Assembly: GCA_037478515.1 (NCBI GenBank)
Contig: JBBFMJ010000001.1
Span: 1-25,324, forward strand
Source: Thermoanaerobaculia bacterium
GTDB lineage: Bacteria; Acidobacteriota; Thermoanaerobaculia; UBA2201
Direction of reading: 5' to 3'
DNA: 25,324 nucleotides
This document shows positions 1 through 8,543 of the stretch, piece after piece. Both the position numbers and the translations under genes were made by a program. The notes beneath the pieces were generated by a model. The model made no database searches. It was not told where the DNA came from and saw nothing but the letters and a program-made list of their open reading frames with translations. Each line of letters opens with the position of its first letter. The first letter of the stretch is position 1.

Positions 1-363
1 GGCGCTTTTTTGTATTTGAATATTGTAAAAAGCTTCAAAAAAATAAGTGGTAAGTATAGCCAGAGCAAAGAGGCAAAGGAGCAAAAAATAGAGGATCTTT
101 TGGAGGGAACCTTCAGGGTAAGAAGAATAGAGCAGAAATAGAAAAAGGAGAAGAAAAAACAGGGGAAGACGATAATAAAAAATGCCTAATAAGTAAAAAA
201 TTAAATAAAATATAAAAAAGTAAATGGAAAAGGAAAAGAAAAAGGATAAGAAGGTTTCCCATCCACTGCTTTGGGGCAGGATTTCCCATATAAAAAATAA
301 ATTAGTGGCACTTAAAAAAATAGAAAGGAGAAATATGTGAGCAGATTTGTTAGATATTTCCAC
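1..363 (-). CDS. Partial integral membrane protein (N-terminal 121 codons, runs off the window edge); not in the supplied ORF track
   Basis: Hand translation of the minus strand from GTG at 363 is stop-free to position 1: MEISNKSAHIFLLSIFLSATNLFFIWEILPQSSGWETFLSFFFSFSIYFFIFYLIFYLLGIFYYRLPLFFLLLFLFLLYSSYPEGSLQKILYFLLLCLFALAILTTYFFEAFYNIQIQKSA. About four hydrophobic segments; 121 stop-free codons in AT-rich DNA is unlikely by chance. Family not identifiable; start codon uncertain. Confidence 0.75.
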   Translation of the reverse strand, partial: MEISNKSAHIFLLSIFLSATNLFFIWEILPQSSGWETFLSFFFSFSIYFFIFYLIFYLLGIFYYRLPLFFLLLFLFLLYSSYPEGSLQKILYFLLLCLFALAILTTYFFEAFYNIQIQKSA

Positions 364-370
364 AAAAAAG

Positions 371-458
371 TGCCGGAGGCCGGAATCGAACCGGCACGGA
401 GTGGGAAAACTCCGAGGGATTTTAAGTCCCTTGCGTCTACCAATTCCGCCACTCCGGC
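371..458 (-). tRNA. tRNA-Leu (anticodon TAA)
   Basis: Reverse complement GCCGGAGTGGCGGAATTGGTAGACGCAAGGGACTTAAAATCCCTCGGAGTTTTCCCACTCCGTGCCGGTTCGATTCCGGCCTCCGGCA: acceptor stem, D loop, anticodon loop CT-TAA-AA, long variable arm (CGGAGT/ACTCCG), TTCGA T loop, discriminator A. CCA is not encoded. Confidence 0.97.
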
Positions 459-471
459 TAAAAAATTTTAG

Positions 472-543
472 AGGCGACGAGCGGATTCGAACCGCTGCAT
501 CGTGGTTTTGCAGACCACTCCCTTACCACTTGGGTACGTCGCC
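472..543 (-). tRNA. tRNA-Cys (anticodon GCA)
   Basis: Reverse complement GGCGACGTACCCAAGTGGTAAGGGAGTGGTCTGCAAAACCACGATGCAGCGGTTCGAATCCGCTCGTCGCCT: anticodon loop CT-GCA-AA, TTCGAAT T loop, U73 discriminator typical of tRNA-Cys. CCA is not encoded. Confidence 0.97.
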
Positions 544-552
544 TTTTGAAAA

Positions 553-582
553 ATTATACCCCATATAAACTGACTTTGTCAA
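553..582 (-). promoter_or_regulatory. Sigma70-type promoter for the tRNA-Cys/tRNA-Leu unit
   Basis: Perfect TTGACA (582-577), 18-nt spacer, perfect TATAAT (558-553) on the minus strand, ending 9 nt upstream of the tRNA-Cys 5' end. Confidence 0.85.
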
Positions 583-682
583 ATTTTGCCTTTTTATTTA
601 TAAGAGGGATAGGGAGGGTCCAATCCTTCAAAGCCAATTTTTACATTTTTATTTCAAATAAATAATAAATAACGTTTTTGAA

Positions 683-699
683 TTATGATATAATCATAA
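683..699 (+). promoter_or_regulatory. Extended -10 promoter (TG-n-TATAAT, 686-694) inside a perfect 7-3-7 inverted repeat, a putative operator
   Basis: TTATGAT-ATA-ATCATAA at 683-699; SD AAGGAGG at 711-717 precedes ATG 722. Confidence 0.65.
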
Positions 700-721
700 G
701 ATTAAATTTTAAGGAGGGTTT

Positions 722-1774
722 ATGGTTGGTATAGTTGGCTATGGTGCCTGTATTCCAAGGTACAGGATAAGAGTGGAAGAAATTGCAAAAAACTGGGGAG
801 CCAATGCTGAGAGTTATAAAAAGGGTTTGGGGCTTACTCAAAAATCTGTTCCAGCGCCAGATCAGGATGTTATCTCTCTTTCTGTGGAAGCTGCCAGAAA
901 TGCTTTAAAGAGGGCTAAGATTTCTCCAAAGGAAATTGGCTGCCTTTATATTGGTTCAGAATCCCATCCTTATGCTGTAAAACCTTCAGGGACTGTTGTG
1001 GCTGATGCAATTGGTGCAGCTGGGCATATCCACATCTCCTCTCTTGAATTTGCCTGTAAAGCAGGCACGGAGAGTATGTACCTTGCTTATGCCCAAGTGA
1101 AAGCCGGTCTTATTAAATATGGAATGGGTATAGGGGCTGATACTTCACAGGGTGCCCCATCTGATGCCTTAGAATATTCCACTGCTGCAGGGGCTGCCTC
1201 TTTTATCTTTGGCTCTGAAAATGTAATTGCAGAGGTAAACTTTACGCATTCTTATACAACAGACACCCCTGATTTTTGGAGAAGGGAATATCAACATTAC
1301 CCGAGGCATGGCTCCAGGTTTACTGGTGAGCCAGCATATTTTCATCATATTTATTCCTGCGCCAAAGCACTCCTGGAAAAATCAAATTTAAAGCCAGAGG
1401 ATTTCAAATATGCTGTATTTCATCAGCCCAATGGGAAGTTTCCACTAACAATTGGAAAAAAGCTTGGATTTAAAGAAGAACAGTTAAAGACAGGACTCCT
1501 GGTTCCAACCCTTGGAAATACCTATTCTGGTTCATCTCCTATGGGGCTTACTGCAATCCTGGATGAAGCAAAACCAGGGGATAAAATTTTTATGGTTTCC
1601 TTTGGCTCAGGTGCTGGTTCAGATGGGTTTATCTTTACTGTAACTGAAAGGATAAAAGAAGTTCAAAACCTTGCTCCAAAGACAAGGGATTATTTGGATA
1701 AAAAATTATTCTTCATTGATTATGGTACATATGCAAAGTTTAGAAAAAAGATTTTAAAATTAAAGGAAGATTAG
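722..1774 (+). CDS. mvaS: Hydroxymethylglutaryl-CoA synthase, archaeal type (about 350 aa)
   Basis: Motifs GIVGYGxxIPRYRI, [11 protein letters not shown] (Glu), EFACKAGT (catalytic Cys), [18 protein letters not shown] (His), [17 protein letters not shown]; adjacent to thiolase and DUF35 genes. Confidence 0.92.
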   Translation: MVGIVGYGACIPRYRIRVEEIAKNWGANAESYKKGLGLTQKSVPAPDQDVISLSVEAARNALKRAKISPKEIGCLYIGSESHPYAVKPSGTVVADAIGAAGHIHISSLEFACKAGTESMYLAYAQVKAGLIKYGMGIGADTSQGAPSDALEYSTAAGAASFIFGSENVIAEVNFTHSYTTDTPDFWRREYQHYPRHGSRFTGEPAYFHHIYSCAKALLEKSNLKPEDFKYAVFHQPNGKFPLTIGKKLGFKEEQLKTGLLVPTLGNTYSGSSPMGLTAILDEAKPGDKIFMVSFGSGAGSDGFIFTVTERIKEVQNLAPKTRDYLDKKLFFIDYGTYAKFRKKILKLKED

Positions 1775-1782
1775 GGGGAGAT

Positions 1783-2940
1783 ATGAGAGAAATTGCAGTT
1801 TTAGGTTATGGTTTAACAAAATTTGGAGAGCTCTGGGATAAATCTTTAAGGGATCTTTTTGTAGAAGCATCCTTGAAGGCAATTGAAAAAGCAGGAATTG
1901 AGGAAATTGATGCTTTATATGTGGGATGTATGTCTTCTGGGCTCTTCAATGAACAGGAACACTTGGGTGCCCTTATGGCTGATTATTTAGGGAAAAATCC
2001 CATTCCCGCCACAAGGATTGAATCTGCTTGCGCTTCTGGTGGAGCTGCAGTCCTCCAAGGGGTTTATGCCATTGCCAGTGGATTTTATGAAACAGTTTTA
2101 GTTGGAGGGGTTGAAAAAATGACAGATATCTCCGGTGGAAATGCCACAATTGCTTTAGGAACTGCTGCTGATTCTTCCTATGAACTTTTCTTTGGTGCAA
2201 CCTTTCCAGGGCTTTATGCACTGATGGCAACTGCCCATATGGAAAAATATGGAACAACAAGGGATGCCCTTTCAATGGTTGCAGTCAAAAACCATTTCCA
2301 TGGAAAATTTAATCCCTATGCCCAGTTTCCCTTTGAAATTACAAAAGAACAGGTTTTACAATCCCCGATGGTGGCAGAGCCATTGCATCTTTTGGATTGT
2401 TCCCCAATTACAGATGGAGCCGCTGCAATTGTATTAACTACAAAGGAAAAGGCAGAAAAAATCGGAAAGCCATATATTTTGCTCAAAGGTTTTGGGCAGG
2501 CATCAGATACAATTGCCCTCTATCAAAGGGAAGACATTACATTTTTGGGAGCAGTTTCAAAGGCAGCAGAGAGGGCTTATAAAATGGCAAATATAGCCCC
2601 TAAAGATATCTGTGTTGCAGAAGTCCACGACTGCTTTACAATTGCAGAGATTATGGTTTATGAAGCATTGGGTTTTGCTGAAAAAGGAAAAGGGCAGGAG
2701 TTGATTTTAAAAGGTGAAACAAAATTGGGTGGGAAAATTCCAGTAAATACTTCTGGTGGGCTGAAAGCAAAGGGACATCCAGTAGGAGCAACAGGTGTTG
2801 CTCAAGTATGTGAAATTTTTCAACAACTTACAGGAGAAGCAGGAGAAAGACAAGTTGAAGGAGCAAAAATTGGGCTATGTCAAAATATGGGAGGCACTGG
2901 TGCCTCTTCAGTTGTAACAATTTGGGAGGTGAAAAAATGA
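1783..2940 (+). CDS. Acetyl-CoA acetyltransferase (thiolase), archaeal/SCP2-like type
   Basis: ESACASGG (nucleophile Cys), [46 protein letters not shown]; SD GGGGGAG upstream. Confidence 0.93.
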   Translation: MREIAVLGYGLTKFGELWDKSLRDLFVEASLKAIEKAGIEEIDALYVGCMSSGLFNEQEHLGALMADYLGKNPIPATRIESACASGGAAVLQGVYAIASGFYETVLVGGVEKMTDISGGNATIALGTAADSSYELFFGATFPGLYALMATAHMEKYGTTRDALSMVAVKNHFHGKFNPYAQFPFEITKEQVLQSPMVAEPLHLLDCSPITDGAAAIVLTTKEKAEKIGKPYILLKGFGQASDTIALYQREDITFLGAVSKAAERAYKMANIAPKDICVAEVHDCFTIAEIMVYEALGFAEKGKGQELILKGETKLGGKIPVNTSGGLKAKGHPVGATGVAQVCEIFQQLTGEAGERQVEGAKIGLCQNMGGTGASSVVTIWEVKK

Positions 2941-3335
2941 TTACTCCACCTATTGTCTGGAGAGAAAAAGCACAAAAATATCGTATGGAGGCAGGGAAAT
3001 GTAAAAAATGTGGAAAGATTTTGTTTCCACCAAGACTCATTTGTCCAAAATGTGGGGCAAAAGAATTTGAAACTATAAATTTGCCCTTAGAAGGAAAAAT
3101 TTTGTCTTGGACAGTCATACATACAGGCCACCCTGCTTTTTCAGATCTTCAACCCTATGGAATTTTAATTGTTGAACTTATAGAGGATGTAAAACTTTTA
3201 ATGCCCTTTGCAGATTTTACAAAAGAGGATTTAAAAATTGGAAATAAAGTAAAGATTGAATTTAGAAAGATTCAAGAAGGTGGCGAATCTGGTGTAATTG
3301 CCTATGGGTATAAAGCAGTCCCATGTTTAGAATAG
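2937..3335 (+). CDS. DUF35-family Zn-ribbon/OB-fold protein (scaffold of the thiolase/HMGCS complex)
   Basis: CKKCG..FPPR..CPKCG zinc ribbon followed by an OB fold ([38 protein letters not shown]). Start reassigned from 2877 to ATG 2937: ATGA overlap with the thiolase stop and SD GGAGGT at 2925-2930. Confidence 0.92.
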   Translation: MITPPIVWREKAQKYRMEAGKCKKCGKILFPPRLICPKCGAKEFETINLPLEGKILSWTVIHTGHPAFSDLQPYGILIVELIEDVKLLMPFADFTKEDLKIGNKVKIEFRKIQEGGESGVIAYGYKAVPCLE

Positions 3336-4930
3336 AATCAAAGATAAATACTTCTTCTGAAGAGTTTAAAGAAAATTATAAGTATCAAAAAGAAAAAATT
3401 GAAGAGTATTTAAAAATCTTAGAAGAAGTAAAAAAAGGGGGACATGAAGAAGCAAGACAAAAGCATGTAAAAAGGGGAAAAATGCTTGTTAGGGAAAGGA
3501 TAGATGCCCTCCTGGATCCTGGTTCACCTTTCATAGAACTAAATCCCCTTGCTGCCTATGGAATGTATGAAAATCAAGCACCCCAGGCAGGGATTATCAC
3601 TGGAATTGGAAGGGTATGCGGGCAGGAAGTTATGATTGTTGCAAATGATGCCACTGTAAAGGGTGGGACATATTTTCCAATTACAATAAAAAAACATATA
3701 AGGGCACAGGAAATTGCAATTGAAAATCGCCTTCCCTGCATTTATTTGGTGGATTCAGGTGGAATTTTTTTGCCCCTTCAAGAAGGAACTTTTCCAGATA
3801 AGGAACATTTTGGAAGAATTTTTTACAACCAAGCAGTTATGTCTTCCTTAAATATCCCACAAATAAGTGCTGTTATGGGATCCTGTACAGCAGGGGGTGC
3901 ATATCAACCAGCAATGTCAGATGAGACAATAATTGTTAAAGGGGAAGGGACAATTTTTATTGGTGGTCCTCCATTGGTCAAAGCAGCAACTGGAATTGAT
4001 GTTACACCTGAAGAACTTGGCGGTGCAGATGTTCATTGTAAAATTTCAGGGGTCTCTGATTATTATGCTTTAAATGATGAGCATGCAATAGCACTTTTGA
4101 GAAACATAATGGAAGGTGTTCCAAAGCCCCAGAAATTTCCCTTGGATAGAATTGAGCCAGAAGAACCCTATTATGATCCAGAAGAAATCTTAGGGATTAT
4201 TCCAAGGGATTTAAAAAAACCCTTTGATATAAGGGAAATTATTGCAAGGATCTTTGATGGAAGCAAGTTTTCTGAATTTAAAGAATATTATGGTCCAACA
4301 TTGGTTTGTGGTTTTGCTCGCCTTTATGGTTATCTGGTAGGGGTAGTGGCAAACAATGGAGTTTTGTTTTCCCAATCAAGCCAAAAGGGTGCCCATTTTA
4401 TTTCAATCTGTGCCATAAGGAAAATTCCACTGATTTTTTTACAGAATATAACTGGATTTATTGTGGGAAAGGAATATGAACATGGAGGGATTGCAAAGGA
4501 TGGGGCAAAGATGGTCCATGCTGTTGCAGTTGCACAGGTTCCAAAGTTTACAGTAATTGTAGGGGCCTCCCATGGGGCAGGAAATTATGCAATGTGTGGA
4601 AGGGCTTATGACCCAAGGTTTTTATTTATGTGGCCTACATCTAAAATTTCAGTTATGGGTGGGGAACAGGCAGCAGATGTTTTAGTACAAGTTAAAAGGG
4701 AACAGCTTAAAGCAAAAGGGGAAGAGCTTTCAAAAGAAGAAGAAGAAAAGATGAGAAAACCTGTTTTGGAAAAGTATGAATATGAATCAAGTGCCTATTA
4801 TTCCACTGCCAGGTTATGGGATGATGGGATTATCCTTCCATATGAGACAAGAAAAATTCTTGGGCTTTTGCTGGAAACATCTTTGAATGCCCCCATCCCA
4901 GACCACAAGTTTGGAGTTTTTAGAATGTAA
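3323..4930 (+). CDS. mccB: Acyl-CoA carboxylase carboxyltransferase, 3-methylcrotonyl-CoA carboxylase beta-subunit type
   Basis: [109 protein letters not shown]. No biotin carboxylase or BCCP gene in the window. Confidence 0.88.
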   Translation: MFRIESKINTSSEEFKENYKYQKEKIEEYLKILEEVKKGGHEEARQKHVKRGKMLVRERIDALLDPGSPFIELNPLAAYGMYENQAPQAGIITGIGRVCGQEVMIVANDATVKGGTYFPITIKKHIRAQEIAIENRLPCIYLVDSGGIFLPLQEGTFPDKEHFGRIFYNQAVMSSLNIPQISAVMGSCTAGGAYQPAMSDETIIVKGEGTIFIGGPPLVKAATGIDVTPEELGGADVHCKISGVSDYYALNDEHAIALLRNIMEGVPKPQKFPLDRIEPEEPYYDPEEILGIIPRDLKKPFDIREIIARIFDGSKFSEFKEYYGPTLVCGFARLYGYLVGVVANNGVLFSQSSQKGAHFISICAIRKIPLIFLQNITGFIVGKEYEHGGIAKDGAKMVHAVAVAQVPKFTVIVGASHGAGNYAMCGRAYDPRFLFMWPTSKISVMGGEQAADVLVQVKREQLKAKGEELSKEEEEKMRKPVLEKYEYESSAYYSTARLWDDGIILPYETRKILGLLLETSLNAPIPDHKFGVFRM

Positions 4931-4931
4931 T

Positions 4932-5609
4932 ATGTTTAAAATAATTATTATATCCAAATCTTCTAAAATTCCCTGGGAAAAAGTTGAAATTTTAAGAAGA
5001 AAGGACTTTAATTTGACCTTTGAAGAAAATTTTGAAAATGGGTTTCAGAGACTGGCAAAGGATAATTTTGACCTATTTATCGCAGAAGAAGACCCTTCTT
5101 CCAGCTCCTTTTTAATCTTTATAAACCAGATATTAAATCAGCTTAAAATTTCAAATCTAAAAGGAATAATAATATCCTCAACTTCTTCCAATCTTAAACC
5201 TTTGGGACCTATAAAAAAGATTATTTTAAAGCCCTTTAAGGTAGAAGAACTGGAAGATGCAATAGCTAACTGCCTAAATTTAAAGAAAAGGATTTCCAGA
5301 AGATATCTGGTAAGGATGCACTTGGGAGTTGGAGAAGATAAATTTACCTCTTTTAAGACCTGTGTAGCATTGAATTTAAATAAAGGAGGTATGCTCATTG
5401 AAACTCAGGGGAATTTACCAATTGGAAAGACATACTGGTGGACATTTCAGGGTGTTAAAGAATTGGAAAATATATCCATAAGAGGGAAGATTGTAAATGA
5501 AGCACCCATTGAAGGTTTTTCTTTAAATTTTAGGTATGGTGTCAAGTTTGATGAAGAGTGCAGGGATACCATAAAAAAAATTGAAAAATTTCTGGAGGAA
5601 AATTTCTAA
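4932..5609 (+). CDS. Receiver-like (REC) domain fused to a PilZ-like domain
   Basis: N-terminal REC-like pattern (FDLFIAEED, ILKPF); C-terminal RxxxR (RISRR) and NLNKGG resembling the PilZ [D/N]xSxxG motif, then GVKF. Start reassigned from 4887 to ATG 4932, 1 nt after the mccB stop. Confidence 0.65.
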   Translation: MFKIIIISKSSKIPWEKVEILRRKDFNLTFEENFENGFQRLAKDNFDLFIAEEDPSSSSFLIFINQILNQLKISNLKGIIISSTSSNLKPLGPIKKIILKPFKVEELEDAIANCLNLKKRISRRYLVRMHLGVGEDKFTSFKTCVALNLNKGGMLIETQGNLPIGKTYWWTFQGVKELENISIRGKIVNEAPIEGFSLNFRYGVKFDEECRDTIKKIEKFLEENF

Positions 5610-6136
5610 TGTCTGAAGGCCTCAAAGATTATTTTTCGGCTGGAGAATGGAAAGAATTTCTTTTTAATTTATCAAAGCTTTTAAATCTTTCTGTTTGCAA
5701 TTTTATTTTAAGCTGGGATGAAAAGATTCAAAAGACAATAAATGAAAATCCCTTGTGTATTAAGATAAGGGAAAAGGAGGAGGGGCTAAAACTCTGCAAT
5801 AGAATGTATGAGGAACACTTGCAGAAGATTAAAGGAAATAATACCCCTCAGATTTTTTATTGTCATGCTTCCCTTGCAAGGGTACTTATGCCTGTAAATT
5901 TTCAAGACAGTAGATTTGTAATGATTATGTGTGGCCTAAGGTGTAAAATAAAGCCCCGAGTTGACTGGAAAGTGATGGAAAACATTATTCCAAGGGATGA
6001 TTTTTTAAAACTATTTAAAAAATTGCCCTATATCCCTTATAAAAAAGTATCTTTGAGCGTGGACACCCTTCATTTTTTATTTAAAAATATAATTGAATTG
6101 CTTTTGATAAAGGAAAATTTAAAAAAATTAATTTAA
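5609..6136 (+). CDS. Stand-alone PocR-like sensory domain protein
   Basis: NPLCIKIRE....LKLC, FYCHASLARVLMPV, MIMCG match the Cys-rich PocR ligand-binding pattern; TAATG overlap with the upstream gene; no output domain. Confidence 0.7.
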   Translation: MSEGLKDYFSAGEWKEFLFNLSKLLNLSVCNFILSWDEKIQKTINENPLCIKIREKEEGLKLCNRMYEEHLQKIKGNNTPQIFYCHASLARVLMPVNFQDSRFVMIMCGLRCKIKPRVDWKVMENIIPRDDFLKLFKKLPYIPYKKVSLSVDTLHFLFKNIIELLLIKENLKKLI

Positions 6137-6141
6137 TTTTG

Positions 6142-6150
6142 TGTTATAAT
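6142..6150 (+). promoter_or_regulatory. Extended -10 promoter for the ALDH-nadC unit
   Basis: TG-T-TATAAT at 6142-6150, followed by SD AAGGAGGT at 6163-6170 and ATG 6174. Confidence 0.65.
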
Positions 6151-6173
6151 AAGCAAAATTTTAAGGAGGTAAT

Positions 6174-7700
6174 ATGGACATTAAAAAAGTATTAGATTTT
6201 TTTGAATTTGAAGATTTAAATTCTGGGGTATATGGTAAGGACTGGATAAAAAATCCAAAGGGTGGCGAGCTGGTTTCAGAAAATCCTGCCAATGGAAAAG
6301 TAATTGCAAAGGTGCTTCAAGCAAGTGAAGAGGACTATGAAGAAGTGGTAAAAAATGCACACGAAAGCTTTTTAAAATGGAGAAAAGTTCCCCCTCCAAA
6401 AAGGGGTGAAATTATAAGACAGTTGGGACTAAAGTTGAGGGAATATAAAGAGCCCTTAGGCCTTCTTGTAACTTATGAAATGGGAAAGATAAAGACAGAA
6501 GGGCTTGGGGAGGTCCAGGAAATGATAGATATGGCTGATTTTTCAGTGGGGCTTTCCAGGCAACTTTATGGCTTAACCATTGCTTCTGAGAGAGAAAATC
6601 ATAGAATGATGGAGCAGTGGCACCCCTTAGGGGTAATTGGAATAATCACTGCCTTTAATTTTCCAGTGGCTGTCTGGTCCTGGAATGCCTGTATTGCTGC
6701 TGTTTGTGGGGATACCATGGTATGGAAGCCTGCTTCTGACACCCCCCTTACTGCCATTGCTGTTCAAAAAATATGTGATAAAGTTATGAAGGAAAATGGG
6801 CTTTCCTCAATTTTTACCCTTTGTATTGGAAAAGGTTCTGTGGTGGGTGAAAAAATGATAAATGACAGTAGATTACCCCTTATTTCCTTTACTGGTTCCT
6901 GCGCTATGGGAAAAAGGGTTGCAGAAAGGGTGGCATCCAGATTTGGAAAGACAATCCTGGAATTGGGTGGGAATAATGGAATTATTTTGATGGAAGATGC
7001 AAATTTAGATCTGGCATTAAGGGCAGTCCTCTTTGCAGCTGTGGGTACCGCAGGACAAAGATGCACCACTTTAAGGCGTCTTATAATTCAAAAATCCATT
7101 CTGGATAAATTTTCTGAAAGGTTGATAAAGGCATATTCCAGTGTAAAGATCGGGAATCCCTGGGAAGAAGGTATTTTAATGGGACCTCTGGTAAATAAGG
7201 GTGCTCAGGATACCTACAAGGAAGCCATTGAAATAATTAAAAAGCAAGGTGGGAAAATCCTCTATGGTGGAAGAGTAATTGAAAGGGAAGGATATTTTGT
7301 GGAGCCCACCATAGTTCTGGCAAACCCAAATATGGAAATAGTCAAAGAAGAAACCTTTGCTCCAATTTTATATCTTTTGCCCTTTGAAACTCTTGAAGAA
7401 GCTATAAAAATACACAATGGAGTGCCTCAGGGCTTATCTTCTGCAATTTTTACAAATAATTTACAAAATGCAGAGTTCTTTTTATCCCCAGAAGGCTCTG
7501 ATTGTGGAATTGCCAATGTAAATATTGGAACTTCTGGCGCAGAGATTGGAGGTGCCTTTGGTGGGGAAAAGGACACTGGTGGTGGAAGGGAAGCTGGCTC
7601 TGATTCCTGGAAGGCATATATGAGGAGGCAGACCTGCACAATTAATTATGGTACCACTCTTCCTCTGGCTCAAGGTGTTAAATTTGATATAGAAGAATAG
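6174..7700 (+). CDS. Aldehyde dehydrogenase, ALDH7/antiquitin family (alpha-aminoadipate semialdehyde/P6C dehydrogenase-like)
   Basis: EMGKIKTEGLGEVQEMID, SER..HRMMEQWHPLG, AFNFPVAVWSWN, SFTGS, LELGGNN (Glu), GTAGQRCTT (catalytic Cys), CGIANVNIGTSGAEIGGAFGGEK.TGGGRE.GSDSWK.YMRRQT.TINY, PLAQG. Confidence 0.92.
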   Translation: MDIKKVLDFFEFEDLNSGVYGKDWIKNPKGGELVSENPANGKVIAKVLQASEEDYEEVVKNAHESFLKWRKVPPPKRGEIIRQLGLKLREYKEPLGLLVTYEMGKIKTEGLGEVQEMIDMADFSVGLSRQLYGLTIASERENHRMMEQWHPLGVIGIITAFNFPVAVWSWNACIAAVCGDTMVWKPASDTPLTAIAVQKICDKVMKENGLSSIFTLCIGKGSVVGEKMINDSRLPLISFTGSCAMGKRVAERVASRFGKTILELGGNNGIILMEDANLDLALRAVLFAAVGTAGQRCTTLRRLIIQKSILDKFSERLIKAYSSVKIGNPWEEGILMGPLVNKGAQDTYKEAIEIIKKQGGKILYGGRVIEREGYFVEPTIVLANPNMEIVKEETFAPILYLLPFETLEEAIKIHNGVPQGLSSAIFTNNLQNAEFFLSPEGSDCGIANVNIGTSGAEIGGAFGGEKDTGGGREAGSDSWKAYMRRQTCTINYGTTLPLAQGVKFDIEE

Positions 7701-7701
7701 G

Positions 7702-8541
7702 ATGAGCCAGAAATTTGCTTTAATTGAAAACTTAGAAAATTTACTTCCCCTTGCCTTCACAGAAGACCTTCCAGATATAACCTCTGAAGCCATCTGTCTT
7801 TCCTCTGAAAATCTTATGGCAAAGCTCATTGCCAAAGCCACAGGTGTAATTTGCGGGATACCTCTTCTGCCTTATATTTTTCAATACAGGATGTCAAATA
7901 TATCTGTAACTCCAATGGCACACGACGGGGATGTGGTCCAGAAGGGTTCCCAGATTGCCATTATTGAAGGTTCTGCACTGGGGATTTTATCTTCGGAGAG
8001 GATTGCTTTAAATTTTCTTCAAAAACTATCTGGAATAGCCACCTTAACCCGTAGATTTGTAACTTTGCTCCAGGGTACAGGGGTAACCCTTCTGGATACT
8101 CGAAAGACAACCCCTGGATGGAGATATCTGGAAAAATACGCCACAAGGGTAGGGGGGGCAAAGAATAACAGGATGAGTGCTTCAGAGGCAATTATGATAA
8201 AGGATAATCACCTGGCTGTTACTAAATCCCTCTCAAAAGCAGTCCAGAGGGCAAGGGAGTTTTATGGTGAAAAGGTCGAAATAATTCTGGAAGTAAGAAA
8301 TCTGGAAGAGCTAAGGGAAGCCCTTTCTCTTAATGTAAACAGGATAATGCTGGACAATTTTTCTTTGGAAGATGTAAAGAAAGCAGTTCAAATGGTTCAA
8401 AAGAAAGTGCCCCTGGAAGTTTCTGGGGGTATAAATTTACAGAATGTAAAGGACTATGCTCAAACTGGAATAGATTTTATTTCTGTGGGTGCCATAACCC
8501 ATTCTGCCCCTGCTCTGGATATTTCCTTAGAAGTTAGCTGA
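7702..8541 (+). CDS. nadC: Quinolinate phosphoribosyltransferase (nicotinate-nucleotide diphosphorylase, carboxylating)
   Basis: ERIALNFLQKLSGIAT, DTRKTTPG, IKDNH, IMLDNF, EVSGGI, GIDFISVGAITHSAPALDISL. Confidence 0.95.
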   Translation: MSQKFALIENLENLLPLAFTEDLPDITSEAICLSSENLMAKLIAKATGVICGIPLLPYIFQYRMSNISVTPMAHDGDVVQKGSQIAIIEGSALGILSSERIALNFLQKLSGIATLTRRFVTLLQGTGVTLLDTRKTTPGWRYLEKYATRVGGAKNNRMSASEAIMIKDNHLAVTKSLSKAVQRAREFYGEKVEIILEVRNLEELREALSLNVNRIMLDNFSLEDVKKAVQMVQKKVPLEVSGGINLQNVKDYAQTGIDFISVGAITHSAPALDISLEVS

Positions 8542-8543
8542 GA

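Noticed and set aside
371-543. tRNA locus as an integration site for an island
   Set aside because: No integrase, transposase or duplicated tRNA 3' end seen in the window.
347-568. 73-aa plus-strand ORF in the track
   Set aside because: It is the antisense of the two tRNA genes, with no SD or protein motif.
2877-2936. Upstream start for the DUF35 gene
   Set aside because: It lies inside the thiolase gene; ATG 2937 has an SD and an ATGA overlap.
722-3335. PhlABC (phloroglucinol acetyltransferase) interpretation
   Set aside because: The HMGCS keeps Glu-Cys-His catalytic motifs and archaeal-type signatures, and no phlD-like type III PKS is nearby.
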